The notes beneath the pieces were generated by a model. The model made no database searches, had not been told where the DNA came from, and saw only the letters and a program-made list of their open reading frames with translations. From positions 1-33,108 of IMG/VR virus record IMGVR_UViG_3300022072_000071: DNA of 33,108 bases, one strand, 5' to 3'. Shown piece after piece: positions 8,380 through 16,965 of this stretch. The stretch's first letter is position 1, and every line of letters begins with the position of its first letter. The translations under genes and the position numbers were made by a program. Source of the stretch: a virus. Lineage: Duplodnaviria > Caudoviricetes.

Positions 8380-8918
8380 CACCACCTGAACTTTGAACTG
8401 TCGCAGTAAACTTGTATATGCCTCCTCTCTTCACCTACATTTATTGTTGTTTCATGGATAAATGACTTTGGAATTACCCTTATAAAACACCTCCAAGTAT
8501 GTATCTTTGATACATCGCCTCGGTGCATGTCGTATTGGGTGAAAGAGTGCCACTTCTTGCATTCTTTTGTATATTCCTTGCCTGTTTTCCTGTCTTTATA
8601 TACTGTTAAAGGCTCGCCGCTTATCCACATATACATTTTTAAATCAGATCTATTCCCTTTGCATCGCTCACCATTTGAGTCCCTTGGTAGAAAATCATAA
8701 TGCCAGTTTGGTATGCATGGAAATGAATCAGGCATTAGCATATGTACCTTTACATCAATTACATATTCTGATTCGTCCATTTCTAACATTGGCCTCACTT
8801 CATCAATTATGCTTTTTAACTCTGGCATTATTTCTAATGTTTTATCAAAAGAACAAAGCATTACGCCAGCTTTTGATTTACTAAAGTCTATATCTTTCAT
8901 TTTAGTCATCCTATTCAA
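8379..8918 (-). CDS. putative 2OG-Fe(II) oxygenase-like (DSBH) protein
   Basis: IDVKVHMLMP..PCIPNWHYD (HxD), distal HRG, WRCFIR; true start may be ATG at 8900. Confidence 0.55.
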   Translation of the reverse strand: MNRMTKMKDIDFSKSKAGVMLCSFDKTLEIMPELKSIIDEVRPMLEMDESEYVIDVKVHMLMPDSFPCIPNWHYDFLPRDSNGERCKGNRSDLKMYMWISGEPLTVYKDRKTGKEYTKECKKWHSFTQYDMHRGDVSKIHTWRCFIRVIPKSFIHETTINVGEERRHIQVYCDSSKFRW

Positions 8919-8932
8919 TTAATCTCACATAA

Positions 8933-8987
8933 ACTATACACGAAAAATAATTGATACTGGTCTTACCACTAGCCTTTACGTTATACT
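8933..8987. promoter_or_regulatory. FadR/GntR-like box 5 between divergent promoters
   Basis: ACTGGTCTTACCACT 8956-8970; minus strand 17 nt to TATAGT (8933-8938); plus strand TATACT 8982-8987 before portal. Confidence 0.75.
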
Positions 8988-9011
8988 AAACAAAATTATC
9001 AGGGCTTTATC

Positions 9012-10484
9012 ATGACCACGACAACATCAATTATCAACAACCAAGATTACACAGATATGCAGGGTGCTATCAAGGCGCTTCGTGCTGCAGTGCTTGGTAG
9101 TCATTTCGTTAAGGCTACTGGCTATGAATTATTGCCTCATCCTTCGAGTGTTGATAAGACCAGCGAGACAGCTATTCAACGTTATTATGAATATTTGTGC
9201 GGCGCTGAATTTGATGAAATTGCAGGCCAAACTTTGAAGTCATGGCTAGGGCGAATGAAGTTTAACGAAACTGATTTTACTGAGTTTCCCGACCGTATTA
9301 GTTACCTGATTGAAAACTCTGATAATGATGGCACCAGCTTAACCGGATTAATTGAGCAAACAGCGTCGAATGTCATGCAAGTTGGTTGGCATGTGCTAGT
9401 GGCTGAATACCTAAACGCTCCGGTGGCGGGTGAAAACTTATCAGCCGAAGCAGCAAAGAATCGTAATATCCGCGCAGCAATCAAATCTTATACCCGTGAG
9501 TCTGTTGTTGACTGGTCATTTAGGCGCATGAATGGCATATTGCAATTGACCTATTTAAAACTCGTTGAATGCCGTTCAGAGTTAAACGTCAAATCAGGCG
9601 CGCGTGAAGATGTGACTGAATACCTAGTATTGGCTCTGGACGATGACGGGGCGTACTACTGGCAGAAATTTGACAATGACAATTTGACGCAAGAGTCGGC
9701 GCCGATGAATTATGTAACGGTAGGTGGCAAGGCGCTTAAATGGTTGCCTGTTCACATTGTATCTGACTCAGAATTACAGCCGGGCAAAATGCCTAAACAA
9801 CTTGGTATGATTTCACCTATCGCCACTGCTTGCCTTGAGCGTTATCGAGTCAGCGCTGACTACAAAGAAACAATCAAAAACATTTGCCCGACTAGTTATA
9901 CAGCAGGATGGACGGATCAAGGTTGGGAGCAATTTCAAACAATGAACCAAGGGCGTGATTATATCGCTTTTGGTGCTCGTGCTATGAACAATCTACCCAT
10001 GGGCGTTACCATGGACACGCTCAACCCGTCCATAACGCTAGAAGGGTTCGAACGCTACTTCGATGCTAACAAATCTAAAATAACGGCTTACGGTGGAGTT
10101 TGGCCGTCAGAAAATGGACAATCAACTAAGACAGCAACACAAAGCGAAAACGAATCAAGCGAAGTAACAAGCAGACTTGTAACGCTTGTTGACAACTTAG
10201 AAAACGCATTTAGACGCATGTGTTTATACTGCTTAATGTTTGAGGGCGTAATCAGTCAGGATAATATCGAAGATAATCTCGATATGATTGAAATCAATTT
10301 ACCGTCAGATTTTGCGCGTAGTAAGTTGACATCTCAGGAGCAAAAGGAAATTCGTGACAACTTCTTGAGTGGATTATACGGACGACCCGAAGCTGTCCGT
10401 ATACTTGTTCGCGGTGGGGTAACCGTATCTGACGTTGATACGATACTAGCTGAGGATGATGGTGGTGGTGGAATTACTGATTAA
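9012..10484 (+). CDS. portal protein (DUF4055-type)
   Basis: 490 aa; RYYEYLCGAEF, YTRESVVDW, YRVSADY, KTATQ motifs; upstream of scaffold and capsid. Confidence 0.85.
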   Translation: MTTTTSIINNQDYTDMQGAIKALRAAVLGSHFVKATGYELLPHPSSVDKTSETAIQRYYEYLCGAEFDEIAGQTLKSWLGRMKFNETDFTEFPDRISYLIENSDNDGTSLTGLIEQTASNVMQVGWHVLVAEYLNAPVAGENLSAEAAKNRNIRAAIKSYTRESVVDWSFRRMNGILQLTYLKLVECRSELNVKSGAREDVTEYLVLALDDDGAYYWQKFDNDNLTQESAPMNYVTVGGKALKWLPVHIVSDSELQPGKMPKQLGMISPIATACLERYRVSADYKETIKNICPTSYTAGWTDQGWEQFQTMNQGRDYIAFGARAMNNLPMGVTMDTLNPSITLEGFERYFDANKSKITAYGGVWPSENGQSTKTATQSENESSEVTSRLVTLVDNLENAFRRMCLYCLMFEGVISQDNIEDNLDMIEINLPSDFARSKLTSQEQKEIRDNFLSGLYGRPEAVRILVRGGVTVSDVDTILAEDDGGGGITD

Positions 10485-10630
10485 AGCACCACCTCCCCGC
10501 TATTGAGTTTTTCGCATAGTTCGATGGCGGTGGATTCATCATCCAATCTTTTCTCATCCACAATCAACTCCGCATGCTGCTTGCGTAGTTCTTCTAGTCT
10601 CTCTTGTCTTTCGTTGTGGTAGTGGGTCAT
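10481..10630 (-). CDS. small hypothetical protein (49 aa)
   Basis: Read by hand: MTHYHNERQERLEELRK...; ATGA overlap with 10627..10818. Confidence 0.55.
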   Translation of the reverse strand: MTHYHNERQERLEELRKQHAELIVDEKRLDDESTAIELCEKLNSGEVVL

Positions 10631-10818
10631 TTGTTAGCCTTTTCATTTAAACTCTCATAAGTCGCAATAAGTAAGTCTTTTATTGCGGTTATCGTTTGTG
10701 GCTCCATAGTTAAGCCGTTTAACATGCTGACGTTATGGTCTATATCATTCAGAATCTTGTACGCTTTCATGCATGCGCTTGCCGCTTCTAATGATATTTG
10801 TTTGCCGTATTCGTTCAT
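10627..10818 (-). CDS. hypothetical protein
   Basis: 63 aa, GGAGG RBS, ATGA overlap. Confidence 0.7.
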   Translation of the reverse strand: MNEYGKQISLEAASACMKAYKILNDIDHNVSMLNGLTMEPQTITAIKDLLIATYESLNEKANK

Positions 10819-11152
10819 TTCAAATCCTCCGCTGTTATGCCGATAGCTTTTGCTAATAACATCTTTCTTGATTCCTCCAACTGAAAAATCAATGCATCGA
10901 TACTTTTTTCATTATCAAATAGGATGTATATTTTTTGGTCGTCAGGTGATTTATTCACCGCGATTTCAGACTCGCCATTTGCTAGCACTTCAAATGGCTT
11001 ACTGTCAACGTTGCTACTTCTAACAAACACAACCCCACATGGCCTGCGTCAAAACCAACTGACGCAATCCTTGTCATGCCATCACCAAGCATGCACGTAG
11101 CAGAATCAATATTATCTTCACCATAAACAACTTTACTAATTCCGTATTTCAT
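10815..11152 (-). pseudogene. frameshifted hypothetical gene (or 1-nt sequencing error)
   Basis: ATG at 11152 with GAGGTG RBS runs 56 aa to stop at 10982; the 10815..11030 ORF is offset by one base, and one extra T near 11026 would fuse them into ~112 aa. Confidence 0.55.
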
Positions 11153-11183
11153 ATATTCACCTCATCAATTAATTCCAGACACA

Positions 11184-11222
11184 ACCTTAACACACTTTAT
11201 TTGCATTACTGGTCTGACCAGT
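11184..11222 (-). promoter_or_regulatory. FadR/GntR-like box promoter 6 (perfect palindrome)
   Basis: ACTGGTCTGACCAGT 11208-11222, 18 nt, TGTGT-TAAGGT; box directly abuts the stop of 11223..11582. Confidence 0.8.
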
Positions 11223-11582
11223 TTATCTTGTGCTTATTCCTTTTTTGCGCAGCGCTTTAGCTTTATTCTTACTTATCTTCATATTTTTCACTGATAATAT
11301 AGGTATATCATCAATTGGCTTATTTCTGCATTCTTCAATATCAAGCAGTCTTTCTATTAAAGCAGTGTCAACATCAAGCCTAGATTTCATTCTTAGACTT
11401 TCGCTTTCCCCTACGCACTGTCCACCAACAACAAATCCGGCAGATATTGGTCGCATGCCTCCAAATGATGATCTTGCTACATCCTCAGCCATAACTGAGT
11501 GCTGTATAATTTTAGGGAAAATTATTATTTGTTCGCCATTATGGCCATCGAAAGTTACGTACTTCATTTTTGCTCCAATCAT
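11223..11582 (-). CDS. accessory hypothetical protein, paralog of 405..767
   Basis: GAGG RBS; high protein identity to 405..767. Confidence 0.85.
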   Translation of the reverse strand: MIGAKMKYVTFDGHNGEQIIIFPKIIQHSVMAEDVARSSFGGMRPISAGFVVGGQCVGESESLRMKSRLDVDTALIERLLDIEECRNKPIDDIPILSVKNMKISKNKAKALRKKGISTR

Positions 11583-11612
11583 AAAAACCTCTTTAGTTTG
11601 TTTGTTTATTAG

Positions 11613-11651
11613 ATGCTATCACAAACAAAACGAACAACTGGTATGACCACT
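11613..11651 (-). promoter_or_regulatory. FadR/GntR-like box promoter 7
   Basis: ACTGGTATGACCACT 11637-11651, 18 nt, TGTGA-TAGCAT (11613-11618). Confidence 0.75.
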
Positions 11652-11653
11652 GT

Positions 11654-11682
11654 TTGACTACTAAACCTATTAGGTTTATCAT
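11654..11682 (+). promoter_or_regulatory. sigma70-like promoter of scaffold/capsid operon
   Basis: TTGACT-17 nt-TATCAT with palindrome TAAACCTA-T-TAGGTTTA in the spacer. Confidence 0.6.
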
Positions 11683-11741
11683 TGTGCATGAGCGCTAATA
11701 CTGTGTATTGGCTTGGATGAATGAAAAGAGGGTAGTACCCA

Positions 11742-12452
11742 ATGGCGTTAACAACCGAACAATTTAATGATTTGCCTGATTTTGTAAAATCCGATTATGT
11801 TGAGCATGAAGGGGCGTATGTTCCGCAAGCTGAGCTTAAAGTAAAAGGATTAAAGTCTAGCTTGGATAATCTCGATGCTAAATACAAAGACATCGAATCC
11901 AAGATGACAGCATCAGAGCAAGCTAAAGCCGCTGAAATACAGGCGGCACGCGACAAAGCACTTGCAGACGCAGAAAGTAAAGGCGATGTCAAAGCGATTA
12001 AAGAGCGCTACGAACAACAGATGGCAGACCTAAAAGAGCGGGTAGAAAAAGAAACCCGTGAGGCTGTCACAAAAGAGATGACGCAAAAGCAAGCGGATAC
12101 AAAAGCGTCCGGCATTGCTGAAACTATTGCGGCATCAAAAGCGGTTGACGAACGAGCCGCAAAGAGCCTTAAAAAATTACTGTCTGATCGCGTTAAAGTA
12201 GACGCTGAAACGGGCAAAGAGTATTTTCTTGATGACAATGGCGGTGCCTTGTCTGTAGATAGAGCAGGATTTGAAAAGCTTGTGCTTGAAGAATTCCCGC
12301 ACTTAGTAAAAGCGACTGTCAATACTCATGGTACTGGCGGCGCAAATGGCAATAATGGCGGCGGTGCCCCTATAGCTAAAAACCAAACCGCTGATGAAGC
12401 CCGTAAAAAAGGCGACATGGCAGGATTTTTAAAAGCATCAATCAAAATATAG
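11742..12452 (+). CDS. capsid scaffolding protein
   Basis: Charged helical 236 aa protein with Gly-rich C-terminal linker, directly before the major capsid gene. Confidence 0.8.
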   Translation: MALTTEQFNDLPDFVKSDYVEHEGAYVPQAELKVKGLKSSLDNLDAKYKDIESKMTASEQAKAAEIQAARDKALADAESKGDVKAIKERYEQQMADLKERVEKETREAVTKEMTQKQADTKASGIAETIAASKAVDERAAKSLKKLLSDRVKVDAETGKEYFLDDNGGALSVDRAGFEKLVLEEFPHLVKATVNTHGTGGANGNNGGGAPIAKNQTADEARKKGDMAGFLKASIKI

Positions 12453-12461
12453 AGGGTCATC

Positions 12462-13631
12462 ATGGCTAACGAAATCACAAGCGGGTTATTGGCATCCGCA
12501 TTAAATCAAGAAGTAATCAATGGCGCGTTTGAAATTGCACGTTCAAACCGCACTGGTATTTTATCAATAGTTAACTTTGCCAGCCCTATGGCAGCTTATG
12601 ACGGCTATAAAATGGGCTGGTTAGACTTTCGAGTTGACGCAACATCGTCCGTCACATCTGCTACCGCTTTAGTTGGCGCAACCACTGTAAACGTGGCGAC
12701 TGGCGACGGGGCTAAGTTCCGCGCAGGCATGACTATCTCGCCAACTGGCTCGGAAGAAATCATGTTGGTTACTGCGGTAACTGCCGATGCATTAACCGTT
12801 GTCCGTGGATTTGGCGGAACCACTGCCGCTGCATTGACTTTGGCTCAAGTGCTGACCATCGATTCTGTAGGCCGTGAAGAAAACTCATTGGCCGCTAACG
12901 ATGGCATCTATCAGCCTGAGAAAATGGAAAACTATTTTCAGACTATGGACACTGCTGTTGAAATGTCGCGTCGCGCATTGGCTACTATGCAATGGGGTGA
13001 TACCAACGATTTGCAATTCCAAGTTGCTGAGCGTATTCGCCAGTTAGCTACGCAGATGGATAGAGCGCTTATCCGTGGTCGCAAAGCAACGGCTACAATT
13101 GGCGGCGATACCGTAACTTATACTGGTGGCTTGCGTTACTTCTTATCGCAATCTGGCGCAATCAACACTAACAACTCTGGTGTGTTAACGCTTGACGCAT
13201 TGAACAACCTTAATGCCGAAATCGTAACCCGTGGCGGCATGGCTGATACTATCGCTGTAGGTATACCACTGGCCCGTAAGTTAAATGCTTTGGTTGGTGC
13301 AAACTATAACAGTCAACGCTTAGCTGATTGGTCAAACGATGAAGGCGCTGTAAACCGCTTACCTTCTGACTTGCCGTTAATCGGTAACGTTACTAACATC
13401 GTAATCGATACCAACTTGGCTGTCGATGAGGTGCTGATGTTTGATAAGAGCGCAATCTCTATCAAGCCGATGGAAGCTAACAACGCTAATGCAAGCGGGG
13501 CATGGCGCACACTAGACGCAACGCAGCCAGGACAAGATGGGCAGCGTGTGCGTGTTATCGGTGACTTTGCAATGGAAGTTCGCCAATCTAAAACGCATAT
13601 GGCTCGTTTATACGGCGCCACATTGTCGTAA
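12462..13631 (+). CDS. major capsid protein (DUF5309/SU10-like HK97 fold)
   Basis: 389 aa after scaffold; ENYFQTMDTAVEMSRR, MDRALIRG, TGGLRYF, IGDFAMEVR; N-terminal beta insertion. Confidence 0.85.
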   Translation: MANEITSGLLASALNQEVINGAFEIARSNRTGILSIVNFASPMAAYDGYKMGWLDFRVDATSSVTSATALVGATTVNVATGDGAKFRAGMTISPTGSEEIMLVTAVTADALTVVRGFGGTTAAALTLAQVLTIDSVGREENSLAANDGIYQPEKMENYFQTMDTAVEMSRRALATMQWGDTNDLQFQVAERIRQLATQMDRALIRGRKATATIGGDTVTYTGGLRYFLSQSGAINTNNSGVLTLDALNNLNAEIVTRGGMADTIAVGIPLARKLNALVGANYNSQRLADWSNDEGAVNRLPSDLPLIGNVTNIVIDTNLAVDEVLMFDKSAISIKPMEANNANASGAWRTLDATQPGQDGQRVRVIGDFAMEVRQSKTHMARLYGATLS

Positions 13632-13786
13632 TGAAGTTTGACGTAAAGCGCGATATACAAGTGATGATGCAGTCTCGCATCATCACACTAAGCGCTGGAG
13701 TCTACGAGACTGACGACAAAGAAGAAATCGACAAGCTGAGTAATGTCGATGGAATCGAAGTTGTAAAAGAGAAATCGGCCAAGTAA
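13631..13786 (+). CDS. small protein coupled to capsid gene (51 aa)
   Basis: TAATG overlap; MKFDVKRD...GVYETDDKEEIDKL. Confidence 0.65.
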   Translation: MKFDVKRDIQVMMQSRIITLSAGVYETDDKEEIDKLSNVDGIEVVKEKSAK

Positions 13787-13788
13787 AC

Positions 13789-13826
13789 ACTGGTCATACC
13801 ACTAAAACCCAAATATGGTGTAAGCT
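13789..13826 (+). promoter_or_regulatory. FadR/GntR-like box promoter 8
   Basis: ACTGGTCATACCACT 13789-13803 (identical to 336-350), 17 nt, TAAGCT. Confidence 0.7.
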
Positions 13827-13841
13827 GTATTTGGGTTTTTT
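13804..13841 (+). terminator. rho-independent terminator after capsid operon
   Basis: AAAACCCAAATA / TATTTGGGTTTT stem ending in a T-run. Confidence 0.7.
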
Positions 13842-13859
13842 AATTTGGATGAGGTGAAA

Positions 13860-14069
13860 ATGTTAGCAAAAATAACCAATGGTAAAGATTGTAAATATAG
13901 GCTTTGGCAAGAGGATAGTTATGTTGAGTTTGATGATGCATGGGGAGATGATAACGGAATAGATTTAATCGAAATAATCAATGATATGTATTTTGAAAAA
14001 GCAACAATCAAAGGCTCGTCAGCTAAAGAGTTTTTACGGTGTTTTGAGATAGTTAAGGGTGATTTATGA
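13860..14069 (+). CDS. accessory hypothetical protein
   Basis: In-frame ATG at 13860 after GAGGTG RBS. Confidence 0.7.
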   Translation: MLAKITNGKDCKYRLWQEDSYVEFDDAWGDDNGIDLIEIINDMYFEKATIKGSSAKEFLRCFEIVKGDL

Positions 14070-14593
14070 ACAAACAACAAATGATTGATAAGGCTATTGA
14101 TGATTTGGGTGGCGTGTACCCCGTTACTATTAATGGCTTGAACTATTTAATTAAATCTACCTTTAACAACCCCTATTGGGGCGGAGGTAAGTATCGAACT
14201 TATAAATACCCTGAATATTTCGGCCCATCATGGCAGCACATATGCACCCGCAAAGAGTTTGAAGATAGGGTTGAGGAGTTAAATAATATGAAAAAATGGA
14301 ATGGTAAAGGGTTGCCGCCTGTTGGGGCTGAGTGCGAATTAAGTAATTGTAATAACCAGTACGTTTGGTGCAAAATTAGATTTATGGGTGACGAGTTATG
14401 CGTTGTAGACCATAATAATTACAATGAGCAGCACTACCACCTTGGTAGCGTCAAATTCCGCCCAATCCAATCAGAGCGCGACAAGGTTGTTGAGCATATA
14501 TGTAGTCATTTAACAAATCCTAACAAGGAGTCAATAGAATTCATGTATGATAAAGGATGGATAAACACAGAATCTTTAATCCTACCAAAATAA
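14066..14593 (+). CDS. accessory hypothetical protein
   Basis: Contains the WNGKGLPPVGAECE motif common in phage accessory proteins; ATGA overlap. Confidence 0.75.
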   Translation: MNKQQMIDKAIDDLGGVYPVTINGLNYLIKSTFNNPYWGGGKYRTYKYPEYFGPSWQHICTRKEFEDRVEELNNMKKWNGKGLPPVGAECELSNCNNQYVWCKIRFMGDELCVVDHNNYNEQHYHLGSVKFRPIQSERDKVVEHICSHLTNPNKESIEFMYDKGWINTESLILPK

Positions 14594-14640
14594 ACCGCGA
14601 TACTTTATAATGCCACTATAATTCCAAATCAGGAAAAATA

Positions 14641-15084
14641 GTGGCAGATTTAATTCAATCAAGCCTTGAAAAAGTCAAAGGCACAAAAGACCTAATAATT
14701 AACTTGTTAGACGATAACGAGACGTTCGCGTATAAGCAAGACGCTGACCAAATAATGATTATTCATAACACCAGTGGCGATACAATCACCCCAATACTAA
14801 AAGGCACATCTGCAAGCGCTGCTTATAAAGTCCCAGGCTTAGGCGAATTAGATTTAACTGTCGGCTATCAAATCGGTGATATTTTAGACGGTGAATCTGT
14901 TATCATACCGCTAGAATCAGTGCGCAAGTGGATAGCTGGCATTTCATCAATTGAAAACGGTTCTGGCGCTACGTGCATAATTACAACGGATGGCAATCTC
15001 GCTATGTACGACTATATCTGGCTGCAAGGTGGCCGCGTAGTCGGTGGCGGCAAAATTACAACAAATTCAATAGTGTGGGGGTAA
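14641..15084 (+). CDS. virion structural protein, paralog of 19975..20325
   Basis: TFAY...IIHNTSGDTITPILKG...VPGLGELDLTVGY...IPLESV aligns by eye to 19975..20325. Confidence 0.7.
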   Translation: MADLIQSSLEKVKGTKDLIINLLDDNETFAYKQDADQIMIIHNTSGDTITPILKGTSASAAYKVPGLGELDLTVGYQIGDILDGESVIIPLESVRKWIAGISSIENGSGATCIITTDGNLAMYDYIWLQGGRVVGGGKITTNSIVWG

Positions 15085-15088
15085 TAAA

Positions 15089-16960
15089 ATGGCCATTGGT
15101 GTATTAAAATCCGGTGTGAATTCGCAAGACGTAACAGCTTCTACGGGTGAGGATGTTGTTGATACGGTTAATTATGTTTACTCATCCGTGCTAGCTGCGG
15201 CAGGTAACAATATACTTGACTTTGGTGCTGACGGCACCTTAATTGCGGATTCCGCCGCCGCACAAGCCGTTATAGACGCTGGATATACTTATGTTTTGCT
15301 ACCGTACCGATCTGAGCCTTATAAATTAAATGGATTAATAGCGGCCAATAGGTTTTCGTTTGTTGGAGTTAGCGGTAAAGATGGACAAAAGCCAACTATT
15401 GAGGCCAGCGGAACAGTTATTACGATTGGTGCGCATACTGGCGCTAAACTAGATAATTTTGAGACGTTTAGAAATATTAAAATAAACGTCATTGCTGATG
15501 TGGTAGATGGGGTTTTTGATATGCGTTCATGTCGCAACTTTGTAATAGATTCCACGGTTGAGATATACGCAAGTCAGCAATATTGGATTGGCACATTAGT
15601 TAAATCATCGCGATCTTACCAATGTACAATATCTGCAAAAAACTTTGCCAAAGGTGTTTCACTAATTGAAATAGGTGACAATGCAGGTGGTGAGGTATTA
15701 GATAATATTAACTTAACAAACGCATTAGTGCAGGGTAATGTTGCAATAATGCAGCGCGACAATGTAGCTGCCTATAACTTACATAACATTTCTATTGACG
15801 GTCTTAAGTGCAGAGAATCGGCAGGCTCAGGAGAAGCGACTCTAGCAAATCAGGGCATGACTCACATAACATCGAGCTTAACAGCAGGTGATACGATTAT
15901 AAATGTTACTGACGCCACCCAACTTAAGCAAGGCAATCTTGTAGCTAATGATTTAATTTACATTGGACAACGCAACAATGCTGAATATGTTCGAGTATTG
16001 AGTAAGTCAGGTAATGCAATTACGCTTGATACCCCGTTGCGATTCAATCACTCGAATGATGCAAACAGTAGTGGTATCGGTGAGCCGGTTATCTATGGGC
16101 CTGTTTATATAACACTTGATAGCGTTAGGGGCTTAAACGCGGGTCAAGTGCATTTCGAACGCGGTTTTGTTGCAATGCATTTACACAATCCATTAGCTAC
16201 ATCATTTGGCACATTGCATGACACAAGTAAAAACCTAATTATGTGTACCCACACCGGCAAAGATAATGTCATCAATACAATACAAGGTGGTAACACTGGT
16301 TGGGCTGGGAATATTGCGATAATGAATAGACCTGCGCACGCAAACACAAGTGCAGCAATTAAGCCTTGGAAAATAGCAAGTAAGCCAGTTATTGACGCCC
16401 CGTTTGTTACACAAGTTGGTACGGTTCCAGCCGGCAAATATCTATGGAGTTACCAGTATCAAAATAAAACAGAAGTCGCCAGAGTTTTTGCTTCAACTAC
16501 AGCGGATCTAGGGGATTGCTCTGATTTTTATATAAACATGGATGGTTCGGTTACAATAGTTACATCAACTGCTGGGTTATTTGTTGGTCAAAAGTCCTGT
16601 TTGCATATCAGACAGGATGCTACTGGTGGCCGCATAGTCTTTGGTTTTGACGCAACATTTACGCTCATAAAACCATACAAGGCATCCACTTCAGCTTATG
16701 CTGTTGATACTTTGGAATTCGAGTGGAATGGCACTGTGTGGGTTGAGCAAAGACGATCACCGAGAATAACCGACAAGCCTTACTTTGTGACCACTACAAC
16801 TTTACTAAATACTATCGCGCAGAACATAAATGCACAGTATAAAGAAAAAGATTTGGAAGTACTTAACTCAACAACAGGTCTTATTGTTCGGGCTGTAGAT
16901 GGCACAGCCGGTGCTATTTGGGTTAATAGAGATGGTACAACAGCCGCCACACCGGTCTGA
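15089..16960 (+). CDS. beta-helix spike/fibre-like protein (pectate-lyase-like N-terminus)
   Basis: NILDFGADG...DSAAAQAVIDAG motif; IRQDATGGR C-terminal module; beta-rich. Confidence 0.65.
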   Translation: MAIGVLKSGVNSQDVTASTGEDVVDTVNYVYSSVLAAAGNNILDFGADGTLIADSAAAQAVIDAGYTYVLLPYRSEPYKLNGLIAANRFSFVGVSGKDGQKPTIEASGTVITIGAHTGAKLDNFETFRNIKINVIADVVDGVFDMRSCRNFVIDSTVEIYASQQYWIGTLVKSSRSYQCTISAKNFAKGVSLIEIGDNAGGEVLDNINLTNALVQGNVAIMQRDNVAAYNLHNISIDGLKCRESAGSGEATLANQGMTHITSSLTAGDTIINVTDATQLKQGNLVANDLIYIGQRNNAEYVRVLSKSGNAITLDTPLRFNHSNDANSSGIGEPVIYGPVYITLDSVRGLNAGQVHFERGFVAMHLHNPLATSFGTLHDTSKNLIMCTHTGKDNVINTIQGGNTGWAGNIAIMNRPAHANTSAAIKPWKIASKPVIDAPFVTQVGTVPAGKYLWSYQYQNKTEVARVFASTTADLGDCSDFYINMDGSVTIVTSTAGLFVGQKSCLHIRQDATGGRIVFGFDATFTLIKPYKASTSAYAVDTLEFEWNGTVWVEQRRSPRITDKPYFVTTTTLLNTIAQNINAQYKEKDLEVLNSTTGLIVRAVDGTAGAIWVNRDGTTAATPV

Positions 16961-16965
16961 TCAGT

